DNA of 64,000 nt from Puniceicoccaceae bacterium (GTDB lineage Bacteria; Verrucomicrobiota; Verrucomicrobiia; Opitutales; Oceanipulchritudinaceae): contig JBFOMH010000028.1 of assembly GCA_040830765.1 (NCBI GenBank), forward strand, positions 31,089-95,088, given 5' to 3'. Shown here piece by piece: positions 10,277 through 18,322 of the stretch; the first letter of the stretch is position 1; each line of letters begins with the position of its first letter. The notes under the pieces are model-generated. The model was not told the DNA's origin. It saw nothing but the letters and a program-made list of their open reading frames with translations, and made no database searches. The position numbers and the translations under genes were made by a program.

Positions 10277-11392
10277 ATGCGGATCGACTGGTATGTGTTC
10301 AGGGAGTGGCTGAAGGTCTTTATCATGACCTTGTTCGTGCTGTTCGGGCTGCTCATCATCAGCGATCTGCAGGACAACTTGCCGGACCTGCTCGGGTTCG
10401 GGGCCAGCAATGCAGAGATTTTGCGTTACTATGCCATCAAGCTGCCTTCCTTCGTGCCCATTGTTGTTCCCATGGGGTTCATGGTCTCGCTGCTTTTCAG
10501 TCTCGGGCAGTTTCACCGGAATCACGAGATAACGGCCATGCGGGCGGCCGGATTCAGCCTCTTCCGGATTACCCGCAGCCTTTGGGCATCTGGCCTCGTG
10601 CTCACTGTCATCCTCTTCCAAATGAACGCCCGGATCATTCCCTGGTCGGTCGAGGAGGCCCGGCAGATCTGGAACGATTATGCCTACAGCAAGGCACTGC
10701 AGGAGGAGGCCAATGAGGAAGTGGGCCTGCTCTACAATCTGACCTTCTTCAACCGTCGGGACGGCCGTCTGTGGTTCCTGAACCGCTTCAACGAGTACAA
10801 CTACCGCGGGTTTGGCATCACCATCTCCGAATTGAATCCGGAAAACGGGCAGGAGCTGCGGCGCATTGCCGCCAACCGGGGCTACTATGATGACTTGAAC
10901 GGTGGCTGGACCTTCAATGAGGGACGGGAGACAACCTTTGATGAAAGCAGTGGCGATCCTGTTCGCAGTTTGCCTTTTGACCAGTTGCACATGGCCGGGT
11001 TCACGGAGGATCCCGACTTGATGAAGGCCCTCGAAAAGCGTCCCAAGGACCTCTCCCTGAGCGAGCTCAAGACGGTGGTTGATTACCTTCGTCCAGCGGA
11101 GGATCCCCGCCTGGCCACTTATGCCGTGACCTTCTATGATCGGCTCTTCAGTCCAGTCAGCTGCCTGATCATCCTCGGACTGGCGATTCCTTTTTCGGTT
11201 ACAGGGGTGAGGACCAACCCATTTGTCGGAGTCAGTAAGGCGATGGGCCTGCTATTCCTTTATTACATCCTTCTCAATGTGGCCCAGTTTGCCGGGACCA
11301 GCGGGTTCAACCCGCTGTTGGCGGCTTCGTTGCCAAATGTCGCGGCTTTTGCCCTCATTGGATGGTACTTTATTAAACTGCAACATCCATGA
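10277..11392 (+). CDS. LptF/LptG family LPS export permease
   Basis: RIDWYVFREW start, HEITAMRAAGFS motif, three TM + periplasmic domain + three TM, C-terminal AASLPN. Confidence 0.88.
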   Translation: MRIDWYVFREWLKVFIMTLFVLFGLLIISDLQDNLPDLLGFGASNAEILRYYAIKLPSFVPIVVPMGFMVSLLFSLGQFHRNHEITAMRAAGFSLFRITRSLWASGLVLTVILFQMNARIIPWSVEEARQIWNDYAYSKALQEEANEEVGLLYNLTFFNRRDGRLWFLNRFNEYNYRGFGITISELNPENGQELRRIAANRGYYDDLNGGWTFNEGRETTFDESSGDPVRSLPFDQLHMAGFTEDPDLMKALEKRPKDLSLSELKTVVDYLRPAEDPRLATYAVTFYDRLFSPVSCLIILGLAIPFSVTGVRTNPFVGVSKAMGLLFLYYILLNVAQFAGTSGFNPLLAASLPNVAAFALIGWYFIKLQHP

Positions 11393-12543
11393 TGAAGCTT
11401 GTCTTGAAAAAGGAAGCCGCGCGGGCCCGTGTCCGCAATGGCCATCCGTGGCTTTTTGTGAACGAGGTCGAGGCGGTACCGGATGCCTCCTTTGATGGCA
11501 AGGCACTGGCCCTTGAGGATGCCCGTGGTCGTCATCTCGGTATGGGCATTGTCAATACACAATCCCAAATCCTCTGGCGGCGCTACAATAAGGACAAGGA
11601 GGCCTGGGGTCCTGAGTTCTGGGCCAAAGCTCTCGAGCGGGCAAACCACAACCGCGAGGAGGAACCCTTTCGTCGTCTGGTCTGGTCGGAAGCTGATGAC
11701 CTTCCCGGTTTGGTTGTAGACCAATTCGGCGATGTCCTTGTTGTTCAGGCCCTGACCAAGGCAATTGATCTTGCGCTCAAGGAGTTGCTGCCACTTTTGC
11801 AGGAACAGTATTCCCCGCGGGAGATTCTTGTCCGTAACGATGCACCCAGTCGGCGGCGGGAGGGTCTTGAGCTGGAGAGCTACACTGTCAGCGGCAAGCC
11901 GCTACCGGCGTTCTGGGCGGAAATCTATAACGTGCATTATCACCTCGACCTCGACAAGGCACAGAAAACGGGATTCTACCTGGACCAGCGACAGGAACAC
12001 TTCAAGGTGGCCACCTTTGCTTCCGGATGGCGGGTTCTTGATGCCTTCTGCAACCAAGGTGCCTTTGCCATCAATTGTGCCCTCGCTGGCGCTCGGGAAG
12101 TCATTGCCATTGACAGCTCAGCGGAGGCTATTGAACAGGGGCGGAAAAATGCTGCCAAAAACGATGTCTCCGTGGAATTCAGGGAGGAGAACGTCTTTGA
12201 CTATTTCACTGCCAACCGGGAGGAGCGCTTTGACCTGGTTATCCTCGATCCACCCTCCTTTGCTCCCAACCGGCGATCGGTCAAGGGTGCCCTCAAGGGA
12301 TACAAGGAGCTCCACGTTCGCGCATTCCGGTCGCTCAATGCCGGCGGCATTCTTGCTACCTATTGTTGCTCCCATCATGTCTCCCGGAGCCTTTTCCGGG
12401 AGGTCATTGAGCAAGCCGCGGCCGACACGCGGAGCAAGGTCCAGGTTCTTTACGAAACCGGCCAACCGATGGACCATCCGGTCCTGCTGAATTTTCCGGA
12501 ATCGGAGTATCTCAAGGGATTTATCCTGAGAATGCAGGATTGA
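11389..12543 (+). CDS. rlmI: RlmI-like class I SAM-dependent rRNA methyltransferase
   Basis: GHPWLF PUA start, SEADDLPGLVVD, QKTGFYLDQR, ILDPPSFA, DHPV...ESEYLK. Confidence 0.85.
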   Translation: MMKLVLKKEAARARVRNGHPWLFVNEVEAVPDASFDGKALALEDARGRHLGMGIVNTQSQILWRRYNKDKEAWGPEFWAKALERANHNREEEPFRRLVWSEADDLPGLVVDQFGDVLVVQALTKAIDLALKELLPLLQEQYSPREILVRNDAPSRRREGLELESYTVSGKPLPAFWAEIYNVHYHLDLDKAQKTGFYLDQRQEHFKVATFASGWRVLDAFCNQGAFAINCALAGAREVIAIDSSAEAIEQGRKNAAKNDVSVEFREENVFDYFTANREERFDLVILDPPSFAPNRRSVKGALKGYKELHVRAFRSLNAGGILATYCCSHHVSRSLFREVIEQAAADTRSKVQVLYETGQPMDHPVLLNFPESEYLKGFILRMQD

Positions 12544-12545
12544 CC

Positions 12546-13451
12546 TTACCAGAAGAAGGTCATTACCCGGGGGTCCAGGTGTTTCTTTGAGCGTGACGGA
12601 TAGAGGGTTCGCCACACCGTGGCGTAATTTTCCCATGGTCCCCGGATTTCGTTGTCCACCAATGGTTCCGGGCAAGTGTCATCAGGTGAAGGAACATCCA
12701 TTTTCAATCGCTCCCTGAAGACGGCATGGCCGTAAGGGAATGCATAGTGCAAAAGCCGTCTTTCCAGATGATTGCCCAGGGCAGGGAGATCCGTCTCGCT
12801 GAAGCGGGGATTTCGCTTATTGAAAAACTCCAGCGCCACGATGGCCCGCTCCAGTTCAATGGTCGCCTTCCAGAGCGAATCCCTAACCTTTACCGCCGCG
12901 GCAGTGCCATAGCCCGTCCATCCGCAAGGGCCCATCCTCCAGCAGAGGACTACCGCAGCTTCGGAGATCGGGTTGTTGATCCGGACAGCCGAAAATCCAG
13001 GTACCTTAGTTTCCAATGGCTGATGCTCCAGGCAGCGATTCCACCACTGGACGAGGCAGTACCGTTCCTCGGCCTCAAGCCGCGCCCGTTCGCGGGCTGA
13101 TCCCTTGAAGAGTCCAGGGAAGGCCGCAATGCCGCTTGTTGTGTCATCATCCTGGAACCCATGGGATGCGTGTTGGCCCTGCTGGCAGATATAGTGGAAG
13201 GCCCACCGTTCCAGTGCTTCCGAGATAGCCTTGTGCCGCGCTACCATTGGGGAGGCGTCGGTCCCGGTCCCGTCAGCGTTGGCAAAGACTTGGTTCTCCC
13301 CCTGCCTGAGGTTCAAGTACCGGGATAAGTAAGCGCTGGCCTGCTGGAGCTGTCTTCCCTGGATGGTGACAGGACCGTGCTCAAGGTACTCAATGGGGCC
13401 GCCATGGCAATTGAGGACTTTGCTGTATCGCAGGGGCGCAAGGCTCAACAT
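12546..13451 (-). CDS. Compact stand-alone YcaO-like protein
   Basis: Three YcaO-type nucleotide/Mg-binding motifs recognised by eye: GTG61-63...K74AISE78ALE81R82; TTS106G107IAA...R122ARLE126AEE129R130; GYG180-182...K195ATIE199. GGAG RBS 7 nt upstream of ATG. Confidence 0.75.
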   Translation of the reverse strand: MLSLAPLRYSKVLNCHGGPIEYLEHGPVTIQGRQLQQASAYLSRYLNLRQGENQVFANADGTGTDASPMVARHKAISEALERWAFHYICQQGQHASHGFQDDDTTSGIAAFPGLFKGSARERARLEAEERYCLVQWWNRCLEHQPLETKVPGFSAVRINNPISEAAVVLCWRMGPCGWTGYGTAAAVKVRDSLWKATIELERAIVALEFFNKRNPRFSETDLPALGNHLERRLLHYAFPYGHAVFRERLKMDVPSPDDTCPEPLVDNEIRGPWENYATVWRTLYPSRSKKHLDPRVMTFFW

Positions 13452-13484
13452 GAGGTGCTCCAGCCAGTTGATGAAAACATTCCT

Positions 13485-13503
13485 GTAGCGGACTGTCCGC
13501 TAC
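13485..13503. promoter_or_regulatory. Hairpin between peptide gene and YcaO gene
   Basis: gtagcggac-t-gtccgctac perfect 9-bp inverted repeat overlapping the peptide stop codon. Confidence 0.55.
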
Positions 13504-13685
13504 TTGCGCTTGTTTGAACCGCAGGGCAGGGTCCCGAGTGCGGGCGAATCGCTGGAAGGATCGGGAATCAACCTGGACTCGCTTTCCAGTTCATCAAATG
13601 CCTCCGCAGCCTTGACGAACCCACAGCTTAAAAGCAATGTGGCTGCCACATGAAGAATGATTCTGGGTATGCGTATTCTGCTCAT
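13500..13685 (-). CDS. Small secreted-type peptide, candidate RiPP/pheromone precursor (61 aa)
   Basis: ATG start; basic N-region, hydrophobic stretch, AEA site, acidic spacer, C-terminal SSDSPALGTLPCGSNKRK; 48 bp upstream of YcaO-like gene on same strand. Confidence 0.6.
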   Translation of the reverse strand: MSRIRIPRIILHVAATLLLSCGFVKAAEAFDELESESRLIPDPSSDSPALGTLPCGSNKRK

Positions 13686-13773
13686 GTGTTCAGGAATAAT
13701 TCCGGTGCTACCTAAATTCGACTAAAGGACCTCCTTGAATTCAAGTACTTTTTTTCCTTTACATGGCTGGACG

Positions 13774-16700
13774 ATGCGGGCCCACTTGCTTTCGGTCTTC
13801 CTGGTTGCTGCGGTAGCTTCTCTCCTGGAGGCCTCCATGGAGCGGTTTTTCCACTACGGTGAGCCGCTGGTGCAGGATCTGGGTATTGATGGATCCAAAG
13901 AAGGGGGGTATATTTGGAATATTGTCTGGGACGACCTGGGGGTGGCCTATCTTGGCCGGGATACCCTCTGGCGCTGGGATGGGACCAACATGAGGCAACT
14001 GGGACCGGATCACCTGGTCGAACTCAAGGGAATGTGTTTCGATGCCCAAGGCAGGCTGTGGTTGGGAAGTTTCAATGAGATTGGGGTCTTCGATCCCCGT
14101 ACCTTGAGGTATGATTCCCGACTGGACTGGATTCCGCGGGAAAAACAGGCTTTCGGACAAGTATGGGACCTTCACCACGACGGGGAGTTCCTTTGGGTTG
14201 CCACGGACCATCAACTCTTCCGGGTCGGGGAAGACAGCTTCAGCGACTGGTCATTTCCCGGGGACCATCGGGTCATCTTCCACTTTCTTGAGTCAGGCAC
14301 TTATGCGCACCAGGTTGGTGTCGGCCTTTGGCGATTGCAGGACAGTGAGATGCACTTGCTTTGTGATGATTCCCAACTGGCCGAACGCAGCGTCCTCTAT
14401 CTTGAGGATCAGCCTGATGGAACGTTGATGGCCGTCTCCGGGAGTGGGGTGTTCTATTACCATGAGAATTATATACCATCACTAATTAAGAATCAGTTTC
14501 CGTCACATATTTCACTAAGTGGGGTATGTGAAATATCTAGAGATCATTGGCTTTTAGGTACCCTAAGTGATGGCATCTTCGAGTTAACCAAAGAGGGTCA
14601 GGAATTCTCGCTTAGGAAAAGCAAGTCTCAGAGAGAACAGATAAGTATAATCAAATTACTGACCGATCCCCACGGAGAACTATGGCTTGTTGATTTAGAT
14701 TCTGTTCAGATCGTTGATTTTTCATTCCTAATAACTCTGCTTAAAGGACCGGAAGATTTCCCCTCAGGGACAATTCGAGACATCAGTTTAATAAAAAGTT
14801 CTTTAGTACTTGGAATGGATACTGGAGTCTTTGAATTTAAGTCTAAAGATCTCAAAAACAATTGGATTCAGCACACCGAAAATGAATCCAAAAAGACTGT
14901 CGCTTTTGATGGCGCGATATATTTTGATGACTACGATCGGTTGATGGTTCTCAAGGACGGGAACCCGGAAGTATTGGCGGAGTTTGACCGGGAGATCCGC
15001 ACGTTCACCCTGACCTCGCCGGACCGATTGGTTGTGGCCTTCAACGATCGGTTGGAGGCCTATCGCATCATCCCCGGTAGGGAATTGGAGCTGCTTGGGG
15101 AATACAGTACATTGAACGGGCTCGTTAAGCTGGAAGCCGATGCTACTGGACGGGTCTGGGGGTGGTCTCACCGCACGCCATTGCTGGAGGTCGTTGCTGA
15201 TGGAATGGAGTTGAAAGTACATCGGTACGACACCGTTTCGGGAAGGGACCTGTTCAGCGAGGAGCATCAATTTGCGATAACTTCCGTGGGTCCGGTTCTG
15301 GTCTTTCATGACACATTGGCGCGTTACGCTGCAGGAAAGGGAATCTGGGAAGTGACGCCCTTTGACCCTGGACTGGGGCGATTGCAGGCCGTGGATTTCC
15401 GGATGGAGGCGAACAACCTGTCGGGCTGGCTGATCGTGCGGGATCCGATGACGGACAACAGCCTTCTTCTGGAAGTGAACTGGCCGGCAGACGGCGTAGT
15501 GGACTGGAGCATCCTGCCCTGGCCTGCGATGGATGAGATTGGTCCGGTCATGGATTTTGAATATGTGGATGGTCCGGAACCATACTTTGTCTTTGGCGGC
15601 CTGCGGGGAATCCTCATTGCACCGGTCGCGGTGTCGGAGCGCATTCCTGCACCAGGTAAGCCGGTTATTTGGGAGGGGTTGGCCGGCATACAACCCGCTG
15701 GTGACCGGGAAACGGAATTTGGTGCGGGCAATCTGCATTATTCCTTCAGTACCCCACGGGCCAGCTGGCACTATCCTGTGTGGTACCAGACGCGGATTAA
15801 GGGAATGGACCCTGACTGGACTCCCCCAAGTCCATTTGCCTTCAGGGATACCGGGCAACTGCTGGACGGCACGTTCGACTTTCAGGTACGGGCGGTAGAT
15901 CCCTTTGGCCGGGTGGGCCCAATTGCCTCGGTCCGGTTGAAGGTTAATCCTCCCTGGAGCCGTACCGGATGGGCTTACCTCATTTACTTTGGCTGTATCT
16001 TGTTGCTGGTCGCATTTGGTGTTCGCTTCGCTATCCATCTGGAGCGCAACAAACAGCGCAAACTGGAGCGCCTCGTTGATGAAAGGACCCACGAATTGCG
16101 CCAGGCAAATGCCTTCAAGGACCTCTTGATTGCCAACTTGAGCCACGAAATCCGCAACCCGTTGAACGGAGTGATTGGCCTTATCCGTCAGTTGAAGGAG
16201 GATGCCCTGCCTCCTTTGAGCCATTTGAAGGCCCTTCGGCAGGCAGCGGACTACCTTCGCAACACAGTCGAGGGCGTACTGGACTTTTCCAAGATTCAAT
16301 CGGGTCAGGTTGAGCTCAAGTTCAAGCCGGTCAATTTAAGACCTGTCCTCATGGGGCCCGTTGGTATCTACAGGTCCCAGGCTAAAGCAAAGGGGCTTGA
16401 CCTTAAAGTCGACTTTGAAGTCGCGGATGAGTTGGTTGTCGTTACGGACGAACAGAAGATACAGCAAATCATGGGTAATCTTGTTTCCAATGCGATCAAG
16501 TTCACCGAGGCGGGTACCGTATCGGTCGAGGTCCGGTTGGAAGTGGAGGAGCTGGAGAGGGGCAACTTGACTATATGCGTCATGGATACAGGTCGTGGCA
16601 TAGCCCCTGAAGACCATGACAAGATTTTCCAGGAATTCTACCAGAGCAAGGGACCCGCTCTAAAGACTCCCGGCACAGGTCTTGGTCTGGCACTAGTTCG

Positions 16701-17601
16701 GCAGTATGCGGAGCTCTTGCAGGGAACTGTCAGCCTGGAGTCCACATTAGGGGAAGGTTCCTCCTTTACGGTGTCGCTTCCGGTTTCCGTGGCCGCATTC
16801 GGATCTGACAACGGTGAAGCAGACCTCCCCGGGGCAGCTTTGAACCTCTCTGTCCTGGTCATTGAGGATACCGATTACAACCGACTCTTTATGGAGGACT
16901 TGCTTGTCGAGCGCGGGTGCCGGGTTGACCTTGCCGAAGATGGAAATACCGGATTACAGATGGCGCTAAAAGGTCAGTATGACCTCATCTTCCTTGATTG
17001 GGAATTGCCAGGAATGAATGGTGTGGAGATTACCCGGGAGCTGCGGGCGAATCAGCAATTCGATCAATCCACACTGCTGGTGGGACTGACAGCCTTTGCC
17101 ACGGAGGACAGGCGCCGGGCTGGACTGGAGGCGGGTATGAGTGCTTTCCTGGTCAAGCCGCTGGAACTTCGCGATCTTTACAGGGTCCTCGAGACAAGAT
17201 ACCCGGGTTTGAAGGATGTTATAAAGGGAGCTCTGGAATCCGAAGATACGCAGACAGGGGCAGGAAACAGCGGTGAGTCCTTGATCGCAGGCAGGGGACT
17301 CCTGGCTGAGATGTCGGCTCACAAGGATTGGGACGACTTGAAGAACCGGTGGCTGGGAATTTTCAATGAGCACGTCCTCGAGGTTGCCCAGGCCATAGAA
17401 GGTGGCGACAGCGAGACCATTCGCCGCTACACCCACAAGCTGCTCGGGCATTTGCGCATGCTCCAAGCGGAACCCATCGCAGAACCCATCCAGCAGATGC
17501 TGGTTGCGGCTCATGGAGGAGATATGGAGCGTATCTGCCGGCACTGGGCCACGTTCAACGGTCGGCTGGAGGCATTCCGTGAGGCTTACAGGAAATTGTG
17601 A
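13774..17601 (+). CDS. Hybrid sensor histidine kinase (beta-propeller + Y_Y_Y, TM, HisKA, HATPase, REC, Hpt); start 13774 ATG or 13735 TTG
   Basis: Signal peptide; propeller-like repeats (DAQGRLWLG, DPHGELWL); WYQTRIKG..GTFDFQVRAVD..PPWSRT; TM; LSHEIRNPL; NLVSNAIKFT; DTGRGI; GTGLGL; IFLDWELPGMNG; YTHKLLG. Confidence 0.92.
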   Translation: MRAHLLSVFLVAAVASLLEASMERFFHYGEPLVQDLGIDGSKEGGYIWNIVWDDLGVAYLGRDTLWRWDGTNMRQLGPDHLVELKGMCFDAQGRLWLGSFNEIGVFDPRTLRYDSRLDWIPREKQAFGQVWDLHHDGEFLWVATDHQLFRVGEDSFSDWSFPGDHRVIFHFLESGTYAHQVGVGLWRLQDSEMHLLCDDSQLAERSVLYLEDQPDGTLMAVSGSGVFYYHENYIPSLIKNQFPSHISLSGVCEISRDHWLLGTLSDGIFELTKEGQEFSLRKSKSQREQISIIKLLTDPHGELWLVDLDSVQIVDFSFLITLLKGPEDFPSGTIRDISLIKSSLVLGMDTGVFEFKSKDLKNNWIQHTENESKKTVAFDGAIYFDDYDRLMVLKDGNPEVLAEFDREIRTFTLTSPDRLVVAFNDRLEAYRIIPGRELELLGEYSTLNGLVKLEADATGRVWGWSHRTPLLEVVADGMELKVHRYDTVSGRDLFSEEHQFAITSVGPVLVFHDTLARYAAGKGIWEVTPFDPGLGRLQAVDFRMEANNLSGWLIVRDPMTDNSLLLEVNWPADGVVDWSILPWPAMDEIGPVMDFEYVDGPEPYFVFGGLRGILIAPVAVSERIPAPGKPVIWEGLAGIQPAGDRETEFGAGNLHYSFSTPRASWHYPVWYQTRIKGMDPDWTPPSPFAFRDTGQLLDGTFDFQVRAVDPFGRVGPIASVRLKVNPPWSRTGWAYLIYFGCILLLVAFGVRFAIHLERNKQRKLERLVDERTHELRQANAFKDLLIANLSHEIRNPLNGVIGLIRQLKEDALPPLSHLKALRQAADYLRNTVEGVLDFSKIQSGQVELKFKPVNLRPVLMGPVGIYRSQAKAKGLDLKVDFEVADELVVVTDEQKIQQIMGNLVSNAIKFTEAGTVSVEVRLEVEELERGNLTICVMDTGRGIAPEDHDKIFQEFYQSKGPALKTPGTGLGLALVRQYAELLQGTVSLESTLGEGSSFTVSLPVSVAAFGSDNGEADLPGAALNLSVLVIEDTDYNRLFMEDLLVERGCRVDLAEDGNTGLQMALKGQYDLIFLDWELPGMNGVEITRELRANQQFDQSTLLVGLTAFATEDRRRAGLEAGMSAFLVKPLELRDLYRVLETRYPGLKDVIKGALESEDTQTGAGNSGESLIAGRGLLAEMSAHKDWDDLKNRWLGIFNEHVLEVAQAIEGGDSETIRRYTHKLLGHLRMLQAEPIAEPIQQMLVAAHGGDMERICRHWATFNGRLEAFREAYRKL

Positions 17602-17604
17602 TCC

Positions 17605-18279
17605 TCAATCGTGTACATGGTAGGTGTCCTGCAGCCCCATGCTAGGAAAGGCGGGCTTCCAGAATCCACATTCGTTGGCGTAGCGAATAAGTTCTGGCGT
17701 ACTGTGGACGTCCAGTTTGCGGAAAAGATTCCGGCGATGGGTTTGAACGGAGCTTTCACTGAGTCCGAGGCCTTCGCCGATTTCGCGGTCAGATAATCCG
17801 GATCCAATGAGGGTGAGAACCTCCTGTTCCCGCTTGGTAAGGATCTTCTGGAAAGCCTTCGGGTCCGTGCGCAATTGATTCAGGACGGCCTGGATACTGG
17901 GGGAATAGTATCGCTGGCGCGCAAGGACTCCCTCGATCGCCTGCCGTAGCACGTCAACGGAGGCCTCCTTCTTGTCGATGAACGCCGGAAGGTGCTGCTT
18001 GTTTACCTGGTAAACGGTCTTGGGATCGGTTTCCGCCGAAAGGGCGATGATACGTAGCTTTGGCATTACGGCCAGCAACCGCCTTGCAACATGGATACCG
18101 GACAGCTTTGGAATCAGGATGTCGAGGATAACCAAATCTGGCTTCTCTCTCAAGATGAGCTCAAGGGCGGCTTCCCCATCCGTCGCGATACCGGCGATCT
18201 CAAATCCCATCTTGTCTCGCAACTGGTCAATCAGGAACTCCTGGAAAAGTATCTGGTCTTCAACGACAACCACCCTCAT
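17605..18279 (-). CDS. NarL/LuxR-family response regulator
   Basis: VVVEDQ, PDLVILDILIPKLSG receiver; LTKREQEVL...VQTHRRNLFRKLDV HTH. Confidence 0.93.
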   Translation of the reverse strand: MRVVVVEDQILFQEFLIDQLRDKMGFEIAGIATDGEAALELILREKPDLVILDILIPKLSGIHVARRLLAVMPKLRIIALSAETDPKTVYQVNKQHLPAFIDKKEASVDVLRQAIEGVLARQRYYSPSIQAVLNQLRTDPKAFQKILTKREQEVLTLIGSGLSDREIGEGLGLSESSVQTHRRNLFRKLDVHSTPELIRYANECGFWKPAFPSMGLQDTYHVHD

Positions 18280-18322
18280 GGCACGCTCACCTTAGTTTCA
18301 TTGCCCGGTATGTAAAGATTCC

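Noticed and set aside
14803..16299. 498-aa minus-strand ORF within the hybrid kinase
   Set aside because: Shadow ORF opposite a gene with clear domain motifs.
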